64,000 nt of DNA from an uncultured Desulfosarcina sp. (GCA_963674945.2 CAXXWQ010000004.1:2496001-2560000), one strand, 5' to 3'. Positions 39,935 through 49,600 are shown, counted from the stretch's first letter. Numbers and translations are program-made. Notes: a model not told the origin generated them from the sequence alone.

Positions 39935-41311
39935 TTACCGCTTGCCCAGTTTACGTAAATTTTGAACGGAGAAGAAGTCGTCCGGAATTTCTTCGTACGA
40001 TTCGGGCGGATACCCGTTCATTGTCTTAAATGCAGCATAAAAGTCCACCTGGAAATCGAAATGATAATACTGGGTCTGACGGAACACTGGAAAGTCATAA
40101 AATTGTTTTCCTTGTGCAAACGACATTCGCCACAGGTTTCCGCGTTTGTCGTATTTGTCGATGAGAGCGCAATTCCAGGAGTCTTCATCGAAATAATAGT
40201 GCCGTTCGCCGTACACATGGCGCGAACCTTCCTTGAGGGTGTGGCAGACGACCCATACCCGGTGAAGCTCCCAGCGGATATATTCCGGGTTCGGATGATG
40301 GGGGGTAAATATCACATCATGTGAGGGCGGCAGGTCGGTCCGATACGTGTTATAAGGGATGAACATCTCTTTCTTCCCGACCAGTTTCCAGTCGAACCGG
40401 TCGAGTTTTCCCTTCCACATCCACGATCCGTCACTGGTCCCAATGCCGCCGGCGGAAGAGTCGAGCCCATCGTAAAACATGTTGGGGTTCCGGCGCACCC
40501 GGCGCATTCCCGGTACATAGGACCAGCCGATAGCGTCATTTTTCGTATAGTTCGCCGGGTCCATCATCAGATACAATTCGCCCACGCGGCCGGGCACTGT
40601 CATTTCAACAATTTTTCCAAAGACATAGTCTTGTGGATCGAACTTTTCTCCGCTTTCTATCTTATAGAGAAGATAATTCGTTGCATGTTGCTCATTGTAT
40701 TTGCCGCTTGCCTGCACGATTCCGCCGCCAAACGTCTGTTTTATATTTTTGGCGCCATGGGGTATGAAAACAAAATTCAACATGACTTCCATGCCGCTTT
40801 TGGGAATGGGAAAGGGAAACCCCATACCGAAATTGGTTACGCTGCCGTATTCATCGATCACTTCTGCCGTCAAGGCATTGTCGAATGTACTCTCATAGTG
40901 CTTTTCGGAAAATGCGGCGGATCTTCTGGTGGGATAGACATGGATCTTGAAGGTATCCGGGTATAGCTCGAACATTTTCACAATACCCGCGGCTAATTTG
41001 TATTTATATTGATCGACATTTTGCCCCGTAATGGTAAACAGGATCTTGTCTTCGGCAAACGGATCCGGGTGGACCTCTCCAGACTTGGCCACATAATCGA
41101 TGCCTTCGGGAATTTGGATGAGCCCACCGGTCCAGGCAGGGATGGTTCCCTCTTTGTTTCCCGCCCGTTCTGCGCCGACGGGGGTCAAGTCTGCTTTCAG
41201 TTTTGCCGCCTCTTCGGCAGACACCTTCGCCCGAACCGGAATTGCAGCAGATACCATGAGGGTTGTCAGCACCAGGGAAATTATAGATTTCAATATGATA
41301 TTGTTCATCAC
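39935..41311 (-). CDS. DUF1329 family protein
   Basis: AKVSAEEAAKL..LTPVGAERAGN..GTIPAWTGG, YVPGMRRVRR, RWELHRVWVV and DEDSW motifs. Confidence 0.92.
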   Translation of the reverse strand: MMNNIILKSIISLVLTTLMVSAAIPVRAKVSAEEAAKLKADLTPVGAERAGNKEGTIPAWTGGLIQIPEGIDYVAKSGEVHPDPFAEDKILFTITGQNVDQYKYKLAAGIVKMFELYPDTFKIHVYPTRRSAAFSEKHYESTFDNALTAEVIDEYGSVTNFGMGFPFPIPKSGMEVMLNFVFIPHGAKNIKQTFGGGIVQASGKYNEQHATNYLLYKIESGEKFDPQDYVFGKIVEMTVPGRVGELYLMMDPANYTKNDAIGWSYVPGMRRVRRNPNMFYDGLDSSAGGIGTSDGSWMWKGKLDRFDWKLVGKKEMFIPYNTYRTDLPPSHDVIFTPHHPNPEYIRWELHRVWVVCHTLKEGSRHVYGERHYYFDEDSWNCALIDKYDKRGNLWRMSFAQGKQFYDFPVFRQTQYYHFDFQVDFYAAFKTMNGYPPESYEEIPDDFFSVQNLRKLGKR

Positions 41312-41340
41312 AACTCCTTTTCTCTTTTTCTACGTTTTGG

Positions 41341-42876
41341 TTAGAATGAATAGGAAAGTTTAAAGGCAAGTGTGTCGCGATCCGCCAGATCATGGTTGTG
41401 TAATCGATTCTCATAAGTGAGGTCACCTTCCCATACATCGTTGAACATAAAATCGACACCGACGGAAACGGAATTTTTATTTTCCTGGAAATCCACTGCC
41501 TTCAGATAATCGTCACCTTTGGGCGTAGCAGAGTATTTCACGTTGAAGCCGAAATCTGTTCTTTGCAGCACCTGGAACCAGTCAAAATTAACAACGGCCA
41601 CATACTTGAATCCTTCCTCGTTTCTCCCTTCGAGGCCATCTTGTGCGCCATAAGCTGCTTCACCGGACACGATGATTCTATCTGCCACCCCGAACCATCC
41701 CGGACTCTTGAGATAGGTAAAACAGGCCTGTGCCTGCCAATAGCCCCCCTCTATAAGACTTTCCGGCCCTCTTAACTCAGGATCTTGGAAAATGATATCG
41801 TCTCGATAGGCGAATTCGGCGCCGATCTGGGCATCACCGACCACCGAACTGACGGAAAAGCCATACAGCTTGATGTCTTCCGGATAGATTACTCTATACA
41901 AAACGGTGGCTGGGTCGGGATACACGATGGCCTGATTTTTTTCATGATAGTTGATATAATAACCCGCGATTTCCGTCGCGGCCCACGGCAGCATATACGA
42001 TAGCGCTACGCCGTATTGTCCGTCATCCCTTGGTTCCTCATCCTCTGTCCGGGGTATGTTTACAAGAACCCCACCGTAGTCATACAAAAGAGGGGCCTTT
42101 ATTTCATCAAGCATATCCGATGAAGAGAAAAAGGTGCCGCCCTCCATGAATCTGCTTTTTTCCCATTCCCACTGATAGTACGCGCGCAATCCCACATCAC
42201 CATATCCTGTCTGAAGATAAATCGCTCCCGTGGGCAGATACATTTCCTTTACCTCCGTTCCCACTGCAGTCGCGGCGGAAAAATCCATGGGGGCTTGCGC
42301 CGAACTGATGCCGGTTATTATATAGCTGCTCTCTCCCCAGGAGATGACCTGATTTCCGACTCGGAGATCAAAAGGGATCTCGCCCACACGAAAGTTGGTA
42401 TATGCAAAAGCATCCAGGATTTCCGCATTCAGGCCGTGGATATCCTCAACTTCTTCCGCCCATTCATCCGGCTCCTGAATCAGACCGCCGACGTAGGCAC
42501 TGTTGTTATCATTGCTGGAACCGTCATTGGAGTTATTTGTCATATACACATGGTCATAAAACGCCTTGGGCCGAACGAACACGCCAACATTTTTATAGAT
42601 GAATTCGATGTCCGCAATCGCCGTTATCTTGTTGTTGTAAAAGTCCCATTGGTCAAAATTCCGGTTGCTGTCATCATGCATGGTATTGGCCAGCAATTCC
42701 TCGTCCCTGTCGGACACTCTTATACCCGATCCGTAGGAGAGAGTTACGTCCAAAAGAAATTCTGCCTCAGACCCGAGATACCATTTCCCCGCACCTGCCG
42801 TTCCAAGAAATGAAAACACGCCAATTATCAACACCATCGTCAACAAAATGTTTCCTTGCCTTTCCAAATGCCTCAT
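41341..42876 (-). CDS. DUF1302 family outer membrane protein
   Basis: LRVGNQVISWGES, YYQWEWE, GQYGVAL, YPEDIKLYG and C-terminal LADRD...SYSF motifs. Confidence 0.9.
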   Translation of the reverse strand: MRHLERQGNILLTMVLIIGVFSFLGTAGAGKWYLGSEAEFLLDVTLSYGSGIRVSDRDEELLANTMHDDSNRNFDQWDFYNNKITAIADIEFIYKNVGVFVRPKAFYDHVYMTNNSNDGSSNDNNSAYVGGLIQEPDEWAEEVEDIHGLNAEILDAFAYTNFRVGEIPFDLRVGNQVISWGESSYIITGISSAQAPMDFSAATAVGTEVKEMYLPTGAIYLQTGYGDVGLRAYYQWEWEKSRFMEGGTFFSSSDMLDEIKAPLLYDYGGVLVNIPRTEDEEPRDDGQYGVALSYMLPWAATEIAGYYINYHEKNQAIVYPDPATVLYRVIYPEDIKLYGFSVSSVVGDAQIGAEFAYRDDIIFQDPELRGPESLIEGGYWQAQACFTYLKSPGWFGVADRIIVSGEAAYGAQDGLEGRNEEGFKYVAVVNFDWFQVLQRTDFGFNVKYSATPKGDDYLKAVDFQENKNSVSVGVDFMFNDVWEGDLTYENRLHNHDLADRDTLAFKLSYSF

Positions 42877-43020
42877 ATCTTCCTCCTCAAGAATTTTGAG
42901 AGTTTAAAGACATAGAGCTTGTGCTGTCAGGATTGGGCGGGTATTACGTAAAGCTTTAACCTGAACGAAATAGAAGCCTATGAAGATTATTCGATGTTGC
43001 CGGTAGCAAGGCTACCAAAA

Positions 43021-43053
43021 ATGGGTGAATTGACATATTCTATGGGTTAACTG
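43021..43053 (-). promoter_or_regulatory. Tandem direct repeat, candidate LytTR binding site
   Basis: atgggtgaattg (43021) and atgggttaactg (43042), 21-bp period; on the minus strand CAGTTAACCCAT / CAATTCACCCAT, upstream of the DUF1302 gene. Confidence 0.6.
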
Positions 43054-44017
43054 CATCAGAATAAAGGTAGTGGAAATCGTCGGAACTTGTGTTTATTGGA
43101 CAGGATAATGATTAGAAATCATATCGAACTAATTGATTATGTGGCCAGCCATAACAGGAGACTGGTTTCTCCTGTTGGTGGAGGAAGCGCAGAAAGATTC
43201 AACGCGCAAACTGACACTTATAGTATGACACCTGAAGAAAAAATTGCTCAATGGCTGCATTTTCAGACCAAAGAATATGGGCATGATTTTGTATTTTCCA
43301 GCATACCATATATCGATATTTGCAGCTATTTGGGTCTGGAAACGTATACTGACCGATACGGGACGGAGCATGTCCGCTTGGGCCAAATCAACAGCATGAA
43401 TGATTTAATAAAAATCAAGAATTCCATATCGTTCGATGCATTCATGACGAATCCCTATATACAAGCGGTAAAAGAGTTTAAAAAGCGATCCACGACTGCG
43501 ATAGGCGTCGGAGGCTTTGGCCCGGCAACATTGGCCAGTTATGTATTAGGGGTAGAAAATTTTTTACTAAAATGCATTAAAGACCCTGTGCTTATCCAGG
43601 AAGTTTCGAATTTTTTTGCGGAATTTATTATAGAAATTGCATGTGAAGGTGAAAAAATTGGAGCAGATTTCTTATGGGTTGGAGAACCGGTCATCGTAAT
43701 GGTTTCTCCAAAACATTTCAAAAATTTTTCAGGTCAATATGTAAAAAAAATTTTTGATAAAACTTCTTTACCCGGCTTCCTACATGTCCCGGGAGAGACA
43801 AATCATCTGATTGATGAATTTGTGCAAACTGGAGCACAATGTTTGAGTTTAGATCATCATGTTGATATGAGAAAAGTCGCCTATACTGTTCCTCCAAATG
43901 TTGTAACGCTTGGAAACATCGATACAATCTCAATGGCAATGAACGACGTTAAGAAAATAGAAAATCAAGTAATCGAGTTGAATGAAAAGATTAAAAATTT
44001 CCCTAATTTTATTGTAA

Positions 44018-45673
44018 CCTGTTTCCGTGGCACAAAACCTGATTAAAACACTATAACCAATTGATAAAACATATATATTATGGTAATATTAGGGCACTAA
44101 ACGCTCACTTCGGAGGTGAAATCAATGCGGCGTCCGATCACCATAAAACACGAGATGGAAAAACTTGCCAGTCATAGCGGATTGATCAATATCGGCGCAT
44201 TACTTGATGCGATAAATTTCAGGTTCCGTTTCGAAAAGATCAACGGCGTCCATTGTGTAGACCCGAAAATTTCTCATGGTGACATTTTAGCTTCGATGAT
44301 TGCTCTCATGAGTATTGGTAAACCTGATTACGATGCGATCGAGATTTTTCGTGAGAAGCAAGAATTTTTCAACAAGGCCATTGGCAATCGTGCATGCCCG
44401 TCAAGCCCGACATTGCGTCAGCGAATCGATTTGATCGGCAACCAAGCCGATAAGCTGATTAAGGATGCAGGCGTTGATTTGGTTCGATCCTGCGCTCCGG
44501 CGATTTCACCCATCCAAACCAGTGCGGGTGATTTCCTTCCTTTGGATATGGATGTGAGTCCGTTTGACAACTCAAAGACTCAAAAGGAAGGCGTTTCCAG
44601 AACCTACAAAGGCACGGATGGCTTCGCTCCGATCTTTGCCTACCTGGGCACCGAGGGGTATCTGGTGAATCTTGAGTTCAGAGAAGGAAAACAACACTGC
44701 CAGAAAAACACCCCCGAATTTATCAACGCCACCTTGGATTATGCCAGGCAAATTACCGATCAGCCTATTTTGATGAGGTTGGATTCAGGAAACGACAGTC
44801 AAGACAACTTTCCTGACGATTCACGAAAGAATGTCCACTTTATCATCAAACGCAATTTGCGTAGAGAATCTGTTCAAAAGTGGGTTGATCTGGCAAAAAA
44901 ATCCGGCAAGCAACAGCATTGCCGCTCAGGAAAATGTGTATGGATCGGAAAGACGATTGAAGACATCAACGGCAATCCATTGCGCTACCCAATCATCTTT
45001 GAGGTTACCGAAAGGCATACCAAAAAGGGCCAAGTACTGCTGTTCCCCGAGTATCAGATCGATACCTATTGGTGCAGCCTCGCACAGTTGCCACCGGATG
45101 AGGTGATTCGACTTTATCACGATCACGGTACCAGCGAGCAGTTTCACTCCGAACTCAAATCCGACATGGGCCTGGAGCGCTTGCCGAGCGGTCATTTTTC
45201 CACCAATAGCTTGATTCTTCATTTGGCGATGCTGACGTACAACATGCTACGGATTATCGGACAAATCAGCATCGAAGAGAGTGATCCGACTGAATTGCCC
45301 GGTATACGCCGGAAGAAAGTTACCCGGCGTCGAATCCGGACAGTCATGCAGGACTTGATGTATATGGCCGGTCGATTAGTAACCAGAAGTAGAAAATGGT
45401 ACATATCCTTTGGCCAACTCAATCCATTTTCCAAACTGATGGATCGGATTTATCTTCGTCTGAATTTGCTTTCCGCTATGAAGTAGCTATAATTTTTAAA
45501 AGAACAATTTTACAGGCATTTGCTTGGTGATTTGCTATGGCTAAAGAATGAGAAACAGGAGCAAAATTCCTTCGAAATTTGAAAATAGTGAGAAAAATTA
45601 TCAACAAATGATGGTGTGTGAGGCAATCGCCCCGCGCCAATCCTAACAGCAAAAATTAGGCCACTGATTCAGG
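44018..45673 (+). mobile_element. IS1380-family insertion sequence (1656 bp)
   Basis: Imperfect TIRs cctgtttccgtggc / gccactgattcagg; TGTAA duplicated at 44013-44017 and 45674-45678. Confidence 0.93.
44125..45486 (+). CDS. IS1380-family DDE transposase
   Basis: LDMDVSPFDNS, RLDSGND, YHDHGTSEQFHSELK and LPSGHF..N motifs; intact frame. Confidence 0.93.
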   Translation: MRRPITIKHEMEKLASHSGLINIGALLDAINFRFRFEKINGVHCVDPKISHGDILASMIALMSIGKPDYDAIEIFREKQEFFNKAIGNRACPSSPTLRQRIDLIGNQADKLIKDAGVDLVRSCAPAISPIQTSAGDFLPLDMDVSPFDNSKTQKEGVSRTYKGTDGFAPIFAYLGTEGYLVNLEFREGKQHCQKNTPEFINATLDYARQITDQPILMRLDSGNDSQDNFPDDSRKNVHFIIKRNLRRESVQKWVDLAKKSGKQQHCRSGKCVWIGKTIEDINGNPLRYPIIFEVTERHTKKGQVLLFPEYQIDTYWCSLAQLPPDEVIRLYHDHGTSEQFHSELKSDMGLERLPSGHFSTNSLILHLAMLTYNMLRIIGQISIEESDPTELPGIRRKKVTRRRIRTVMQDLMYMAGRLVTRSRKWYISFGQLNPFSKLMDRIYLRLNLLSAMK

Positions 45674-46163
45674 TGTAAGTTCAGGCGGCGGTATTATAGA
45701 CGGCACGCCTGAAGAAAGTTTACGCGTATTGTTTGATGTAACGAGCAGGTTTCCGGTTTACCATAAAGAACAATACCATCAAATAAATGATCTATGGAGA
45801 ATTGTGGCTGTAAACAATCGGGAGCGATTCGATCGCTATATTTCAGAAAACAATGTATCAAACACAATAATCGATGCATGCATTGAGGAAGCTTGCAAAT
45901 ATTTACATTTTCAGATGGAAAACAATAAGATAGACCTTGAAACGTACAATAAAAGGATCAATGAAATCAAGATTGCCATTCAAAGGGACCGTTCTTGATT
46001 TACCCATCGTTGCACAGAGGGTCTCTGACATGGCCGATGTGCACAGTCCATCAGTTTTTTGGTACCCTATGCGGATACTGTTTAAGAAAAGGTGAAGGCT
46101 GAAGAGAGATTGGAAAAATACCGCTTCGCGTTCCCGGTCAATATAAAGCGGCAGGTTCGAATG

Positions 46164-46394
46164 CTATGCGGCAGTAGATTTGTTTAATCTTTCGGCAAGC
46201 CAAATTTTAATAATCGACTGCCGTGGAACACCGAGACGTTTGGCTTCTTTATCTAGTGAACGAATCATCCAAAGAGGGAAATCGACATTAACCCGTTTTT
46301 GCTCCTGGTTCGGCCGTCTTGCTTTTGAGAGATTCAGATGTTCTATGATGCTTTTCCCCTCATCAAATTTCTTGTCTAATTCTTTAGCTTTCAT
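46164..46394 (-). CDS. BrnA/CopG-like antitoxin (ribbon-helix-helix)
   Basis: MKAKELDKKFDEG...KRVNVDFPLWM..SLD.EA.RLGV.RQSIIK.WLAERL; overlaps the toxin stop. Confidence 0.88.
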   Translation of the reverse strand: MKAKELDKKFDEGKSIIEHLNLSKARRPNQEQKRVNVDFPLWMIRSLDKEAKRLGVPRQSIIKIWLAERLNKSTAA

Positions 46395-46644
46395 AAAGAT
46401 CTATCTCCTCATTTCTGGCACGCCGCACTGAAATAATACGTATGTTATCATTGCGATAAGTAATAATCCCAGTCCAGTGTTTTTCGTCTATTTTTCCAAT
46501 CACCAGAAATCTCGGTTCATCGGTTGTTTTAGCCGGAATTTCCAACAAATCAATATCATCCCAAAGCTCTTGGGCCTCAACAAAATCAATCCCATGCTTA
46601 ATTTTATTGTTATTCGACTTTTTGGGGTCAAATTCAAATATCAT
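46384..46644 (-). CDS. brnT: BrnT family toxin (DUF497)
   Basis: FEFDPKKS..NKIKHGIDF and IRIISVRRAR..E..LY motifs. Confidence 0.92.
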   Translation of the reverse strand: MIFEFDPKKSNNNKIKHGIDFVEAQELWDDIDLLEIPAKTTDEPRFLVIGKIDEKHWTGIITYRNDNIRIISVRRARNEEIDLYES

Positions 46645-46651
46645 GGTATAA

Positions 46652-46681
46652 ATAATATACCAATATGGTATTTTATGTCAA
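46652..46681 (-). promoter_or_regulatory. sigma70-type promoter with palindromic operator for brnTA
   Basis: Minus strand TTGACA-taaaATACCAtatTGGTAT-attat; a third ATACCAT overlaps the start codon. Confidence 0.6.
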
Positions 46682-46837
46682 CTTAAGGATGACTTCGAGT
46701 CAAGAGAACCAATCGATCCCTATAATGCCGTTTTTGAGGCCGAAAAGTGCGATATTGATGCCAAAAGCATCTCGTTTTAGGATATTTTCATTATACTTTC
46801 AGGATTATAGCTTGGGCACCCCCCTTTTCTGATCTTC

Positions 46838-47443
46838 TTAAAGAGCTGACAGAACCTCTTTCACGATATTAACGAATTTATAAAAAACCGCCGTTTTCAT
46901 TCTCAACGAACGGTGACCAAGATTGTCAAACATTTTTTCCCTTAATCCCCTTGAAATTTCCAACTGAACACCTTCCCCGCTCCCGCACCTGTTACAAATA
47001 TTTTCAGGTCTGATTCCCCTCAGCCCCGGTATCTCACTGATTTCGGCATCAAATCCGGCTGTCTTCAATGCGTACATTATTTTCTGTTTCAGCTTCTCAT
47101 TTCTTCCGCCGATATGAACCGCTTCCGTTCTGAATCCGGAACCGTGAACCGAAATTACAATGACAGCATTCTGAGAAACTCTCACTCCCAACGTCTCATC
47201 AAATCTGTTGCTGTTTATGTGCAATATTCTGTTCCCTGTCTTTTTCAGCCCCTTGAATGCATAAAATGTATGATCACATCCGGCCAGCGCATCCGCGATA
47301 TCAATTGTGCCGGGTTCTATGCCTCCTCCGTGGGGTGCGATCACAGCGATTTCGGAATCACCCTCACGATGGAAGGTTGCGTAATCCTCATTTTCCCTTT
47401 CATTCCGCCTTAGTTCGGCATAACCTGCATATCTGTCTGTCAT
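46838..47443 (-). CDS. Poly-gamma-glutamate hydrolase family protein (DUF867/YjqB)
   Basis: IAPHGGGIEPGT, LHINS.RFDE, ISVHG, NICNR and GVQLEIS motifs. Confidence 0.9.
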   Translation of the reverse strand: MTDRYAGYAELRRNERENEDYATFHREGDSEIAVIAPHGGGIEPGTIDIADALAGCDHTFYAFKGLKKTGNRILHINSNRFDETLGVRVSQNAVIVISVHGSGFRTEAVHIGGRNEKLKQKIMYALKTAGFDAEISEIPGLRGIRPENICNRCGSGEGVQLEISRGLREKMFDNLGHRSLRMKTAVFYKFVNIVKEVLSAL

Positions 47444-47481
47444 AATTCAGCAATCAACTTTATAAACTGATGTCTAAAAAA

Positions 47482-47545
47482 ATATAACGCCTGCCTCAGC
47501 AGCCGCGGCGATCTATCAGCGGTCTGCTGGAGGCTATTGTTGGCT
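47482..47545 (-). other. Integron attC site (64 bp)
   Basis: Minus strand AGCCAAC-aata-GCCTCCAGCAGaCCGC-tgatagatcgcc-GCGGCTGCTGAGGC-aggc-GTTATAT: R'' and R' boxes, paired L arms with unpaired bases; overlaps the vapC stop. Confidence 0.85.
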
Positions 47546-47923
47546 TGAAGATATCTTTGAAAAATATTTTACTCTCGGCAGATTTTTAAAATGAGCGTCT
47601 TGGGTCCAAATATCACACTGATGCATTTTGGCAGTGGCGAATATTATGCTATCCGCCATCGGCAGACTATATTGCATACTTATTTTAGCGGCATTCATAG
47701 ACAAATTCACCGTGAGATCAATAACTTTCCCTTTTTGCATTGCAGCTACTGACTGCAAGGCTTCGTCTTCACCGGCTTCACGCAAGACCACTTTAAACAC
47801 TTCATGGATAGTAATGACGGGCACAATAAGGGAGGAAGGGGCCTCTAAAGGCAGAGAAAAATTTGCTGAATTTGGACCGCCTTCAAAGTATTCTAACCAG
47901 CCGGAGGAGTCGACAATGTTCAT
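47534..47923 (-). CDS. vapC: VapC/PIN-domain toxin
   Basis: VDSSGWLEYF, TIHEVFK, LPMADSII and WTQDAHF motifs. Confidence 0.93.
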   Translation of the reverse strand: MNIVDSSGWLEYFEGGPNSANFSLPLEAPSSLIVPVITIHEVFKVVLREAGEDEALQSVAAMQKGKVIDLTVNLSMNAAKISMQYSLPMADSIIFATAKMHQCDIWTQDAHFKNLPRVKYFSKISSSQQ

Positions 47924-48126
47924 AGACGATCATCCTCTCGCTCAAAATCCGTATTAATTCCCTTTAAGAATCCCCTTAGTTCTGAAATATCCCTATCTGG
48001 AATTAATTCAATCCTTCCTTCATATTCAATGACCCTTAATTTTTGTCCAGGGCGTAATTGCATTGTTTCTCGTATGATTTTTGGGATAACCACTTGATAT
48101 TTAGGAGAAACTGTGACAATTTGCAT
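47920..48126 (-). CDS. AbrB/MazE/SpoVT-family antitoxin (VapB-type)
   Basis: VTVSPKYQVVIPK.IRE.M.L.PGQ motif; 4-bp overlap with vapC. Confidence 0.92.
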   Translation of the reverse strand: MQIVTVSPKYQVVIPKIIRETMQLRPGQKLRVIEYEGRIELIPDRDISELRGFLKGINTDFEREDDRL

Positions 48127-48157
48127 AATTGCACCTCAATCGATATAGTTTTTGTAA

Positions 48158-48188
48158 TACGATATCATTATCGATGCGATTCTGTCAA
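48158..48188 (-). promoter_or_regulatory. Candidate promoter inside the vapBC cassette
   Basis: Minus strand TTGACA-N18-TATCGT preceded by TGn, with atcgat palindromes nearby. Confidence 0.45.
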
Positions 48189-48197
48189 TTATTGAGG

Positions 48198-48290
48198 AGC
48201 CAACAGTGGCAATACATGGAAAAATTTTCCACGTATTGGCATATTACGTGCGGAAAGTGGAAAATATGGCCCAGAATTTTCCACTTTTCA
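48198..48290 (-). other. attI-like region / first-cassette crossover
   Basis: G/TTGGCT at 48204-48198 is the exact complement of the attC R'' AGCCAAC; adjacent repeated (g)tggaaaa/ttttccac motifs lie between it and the intI stub. Confidence 0.6.
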
Positions 48291-48309
48291 TTTTTAGGAC
48301 ATGCCCAAA

Positions 48310-48405
48310 ATGGAGCCCAATCATAAATTTGCCCCAGACCCAAATTTAATATTAATGGATCAAGTCCGCCAAGTGCTACGCTACCATCATTATTCCATGA
48401 GCACT
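48310..48405 (+). pseudogene. intI: Integron integrase N-terminal remnant
   Basis: MEPNHKFAPDPNLILMDQVRQVLRYHHYSMST matches the IntI N-terminal L.DQVR..LR..HYS..T pattern; divergent from the cassettes; no catalytic domain follows. Confidence 0.75.
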
Positions 48406-48727
48406 GGGACAGTTTTATCGACAAGGCGGCTGCTTTGTAAATGGATTCTCGTTAAAAATGCGTACAGAAAACAGGTGGTACTTATGAGAAAGTACTCAAT
48501 TTCACTCCCCCGGTGGTCAAGCATAAAGTGCCGCTATGTTAACCAATACCAATCGTGTGATCGCATCAATTTCTCTATGGTTTTGCTTTTTCGCGGGCAC
48601 GACCCGCTCCTGCAACAGCCACACCTTGACAACCTTCCTTGCGGCGATCTACCATTAATCTTCGATTACACCGGCACCTTCAGTGTTTGCACGAAGCTTT
48701 TCCAGCAAAGGCAAAGAAGAATTTTTT

Positions 48728-49600
48728 ATGAACCCGACCCTCCACTTCACCAACGGCGACGTCGCCGGCAAAATTCTCGAACATTCCGGCATTTCAGGAG
48801 AAGTGCTGGTATGGCGCGACGTGCTGTACGAAGGTCCCCGGAGCGTCGGCTGGCCCGATGAGGCGACGCTTCGGGCACGGGCACGATTTCTCGGGCAGTC
48901 CACCGATGGTGCCTTGGACGAGAATGTCATTTACCGCACCCTGCAGGACCAGTATGCCAGGCTTGAAAGGGCGAAAACCGGAACGTATGACATCGTCCTG
49001 TGGTTCGATGCCTGCCTGTTCGACCAGAGCATGCTCGTTCATATCCTGTCTCGCATGCACGAAAAGGAGATAAACGACATACAACTCATCTGCGTGGACC
49101 GATTTCCCGGCATCGCGCCTTTTAACGGACTCGGTCAGCTCACGCCGGAACAGATGGCCTCCCTGTACGACAGCCGCCGGCCGGTCACCGACAGCCAATT
49201 TTTGTATGCAAAGGAGGTGGATCGGGCATTCGCCCTGCAGGACCCGTCATTTCTCGCCCAGTTTGCAGGGCAATCCGACGTTCCCCTGCCGTGGGTGCCT
49301 GCCGCCGCAAGGCGCTGGCTGGCCGAACAACCGGATCCGCAAAGCGGCCTGGGACGGCTGGAACAACTGACCCTGGAGGCGATCCGCAATGGATGCACAA
49401 CGCCGCCGGAGATCTTCAAGGCGGTGGCGGCGGCCGACACACCGCCCCAATTCTGGGGGGATACCACTTTATGGGAAAAAATCAACGGACTGGCGGACCG
49501 TGATCCTCCCTTGGTGAGAATCGCCGGGCCTGCCGAAAGGCTCCCCCAATGGGAGAGCGAGCTGGATCTGAAGTCATTTCATGATTATTTTCGCACCTAA
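48728..49600 (+). CDS. DUF1835-like protein
   Basis: LHFTNGD, WRDVLYEGP, IVLWFD.CLFDQ, F.GLGQL and FWGD motifs. Confidence 0.75.
   Translation: MNPTLHFTNGDVAGKILEHSGISGEVLVWRDVLYEGPRSVGWPDEATLRARARFLGQSTDGALDENVIYRTLQDQYARLERAKTGTYDIVLWFDACLFDQSMLVHILSRMHEKEINDIQLICVDRFPGIAPFNGLGQLTPEQMASLYDSRRPVTDSQFLYAKEVDRAFALQDPSFLAQFAGQSDVPLPWVPAAARRWLAEQPDPQSGLGRLEQLTLEAIRNGCTTPPEIFKAVAAADTPPQFWGDTTLWEKINGLADRDPPLVRIAGPAERLPQWESELDLKSFHDYFRT

Larger units (their letters stand above)
43108..45998 (+). pseudogene. URO-D/MtaA-CmuA-fold gene interrupted by IS1380
   Basis: 5' part 43108-44017 (GGFGPATLA, LSLDH, LGNID) rejoins in frame with 45679-45998 to read NFIV/SSGGGIIDGTPEESLRVLF...QRDRS*. Confidence 0.88.

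Noticed and set aside
46120..46162. Possible attC after the brnA-like gene (TTCGAAC...ccgctt/aagcgg)
   Set aside because: An R''-like box and a short stem exist, but there is no correctly spaced GTT R' box and no matching crossover upstream of brnT; at best an eroded site.
48301..48861. 186-aa ORF as a real protein
   Set aside because: Only the first ~35 codons resemble IntI; the rest has no recognisable motifs and overlaps the DUF1835-like gene in another frame.
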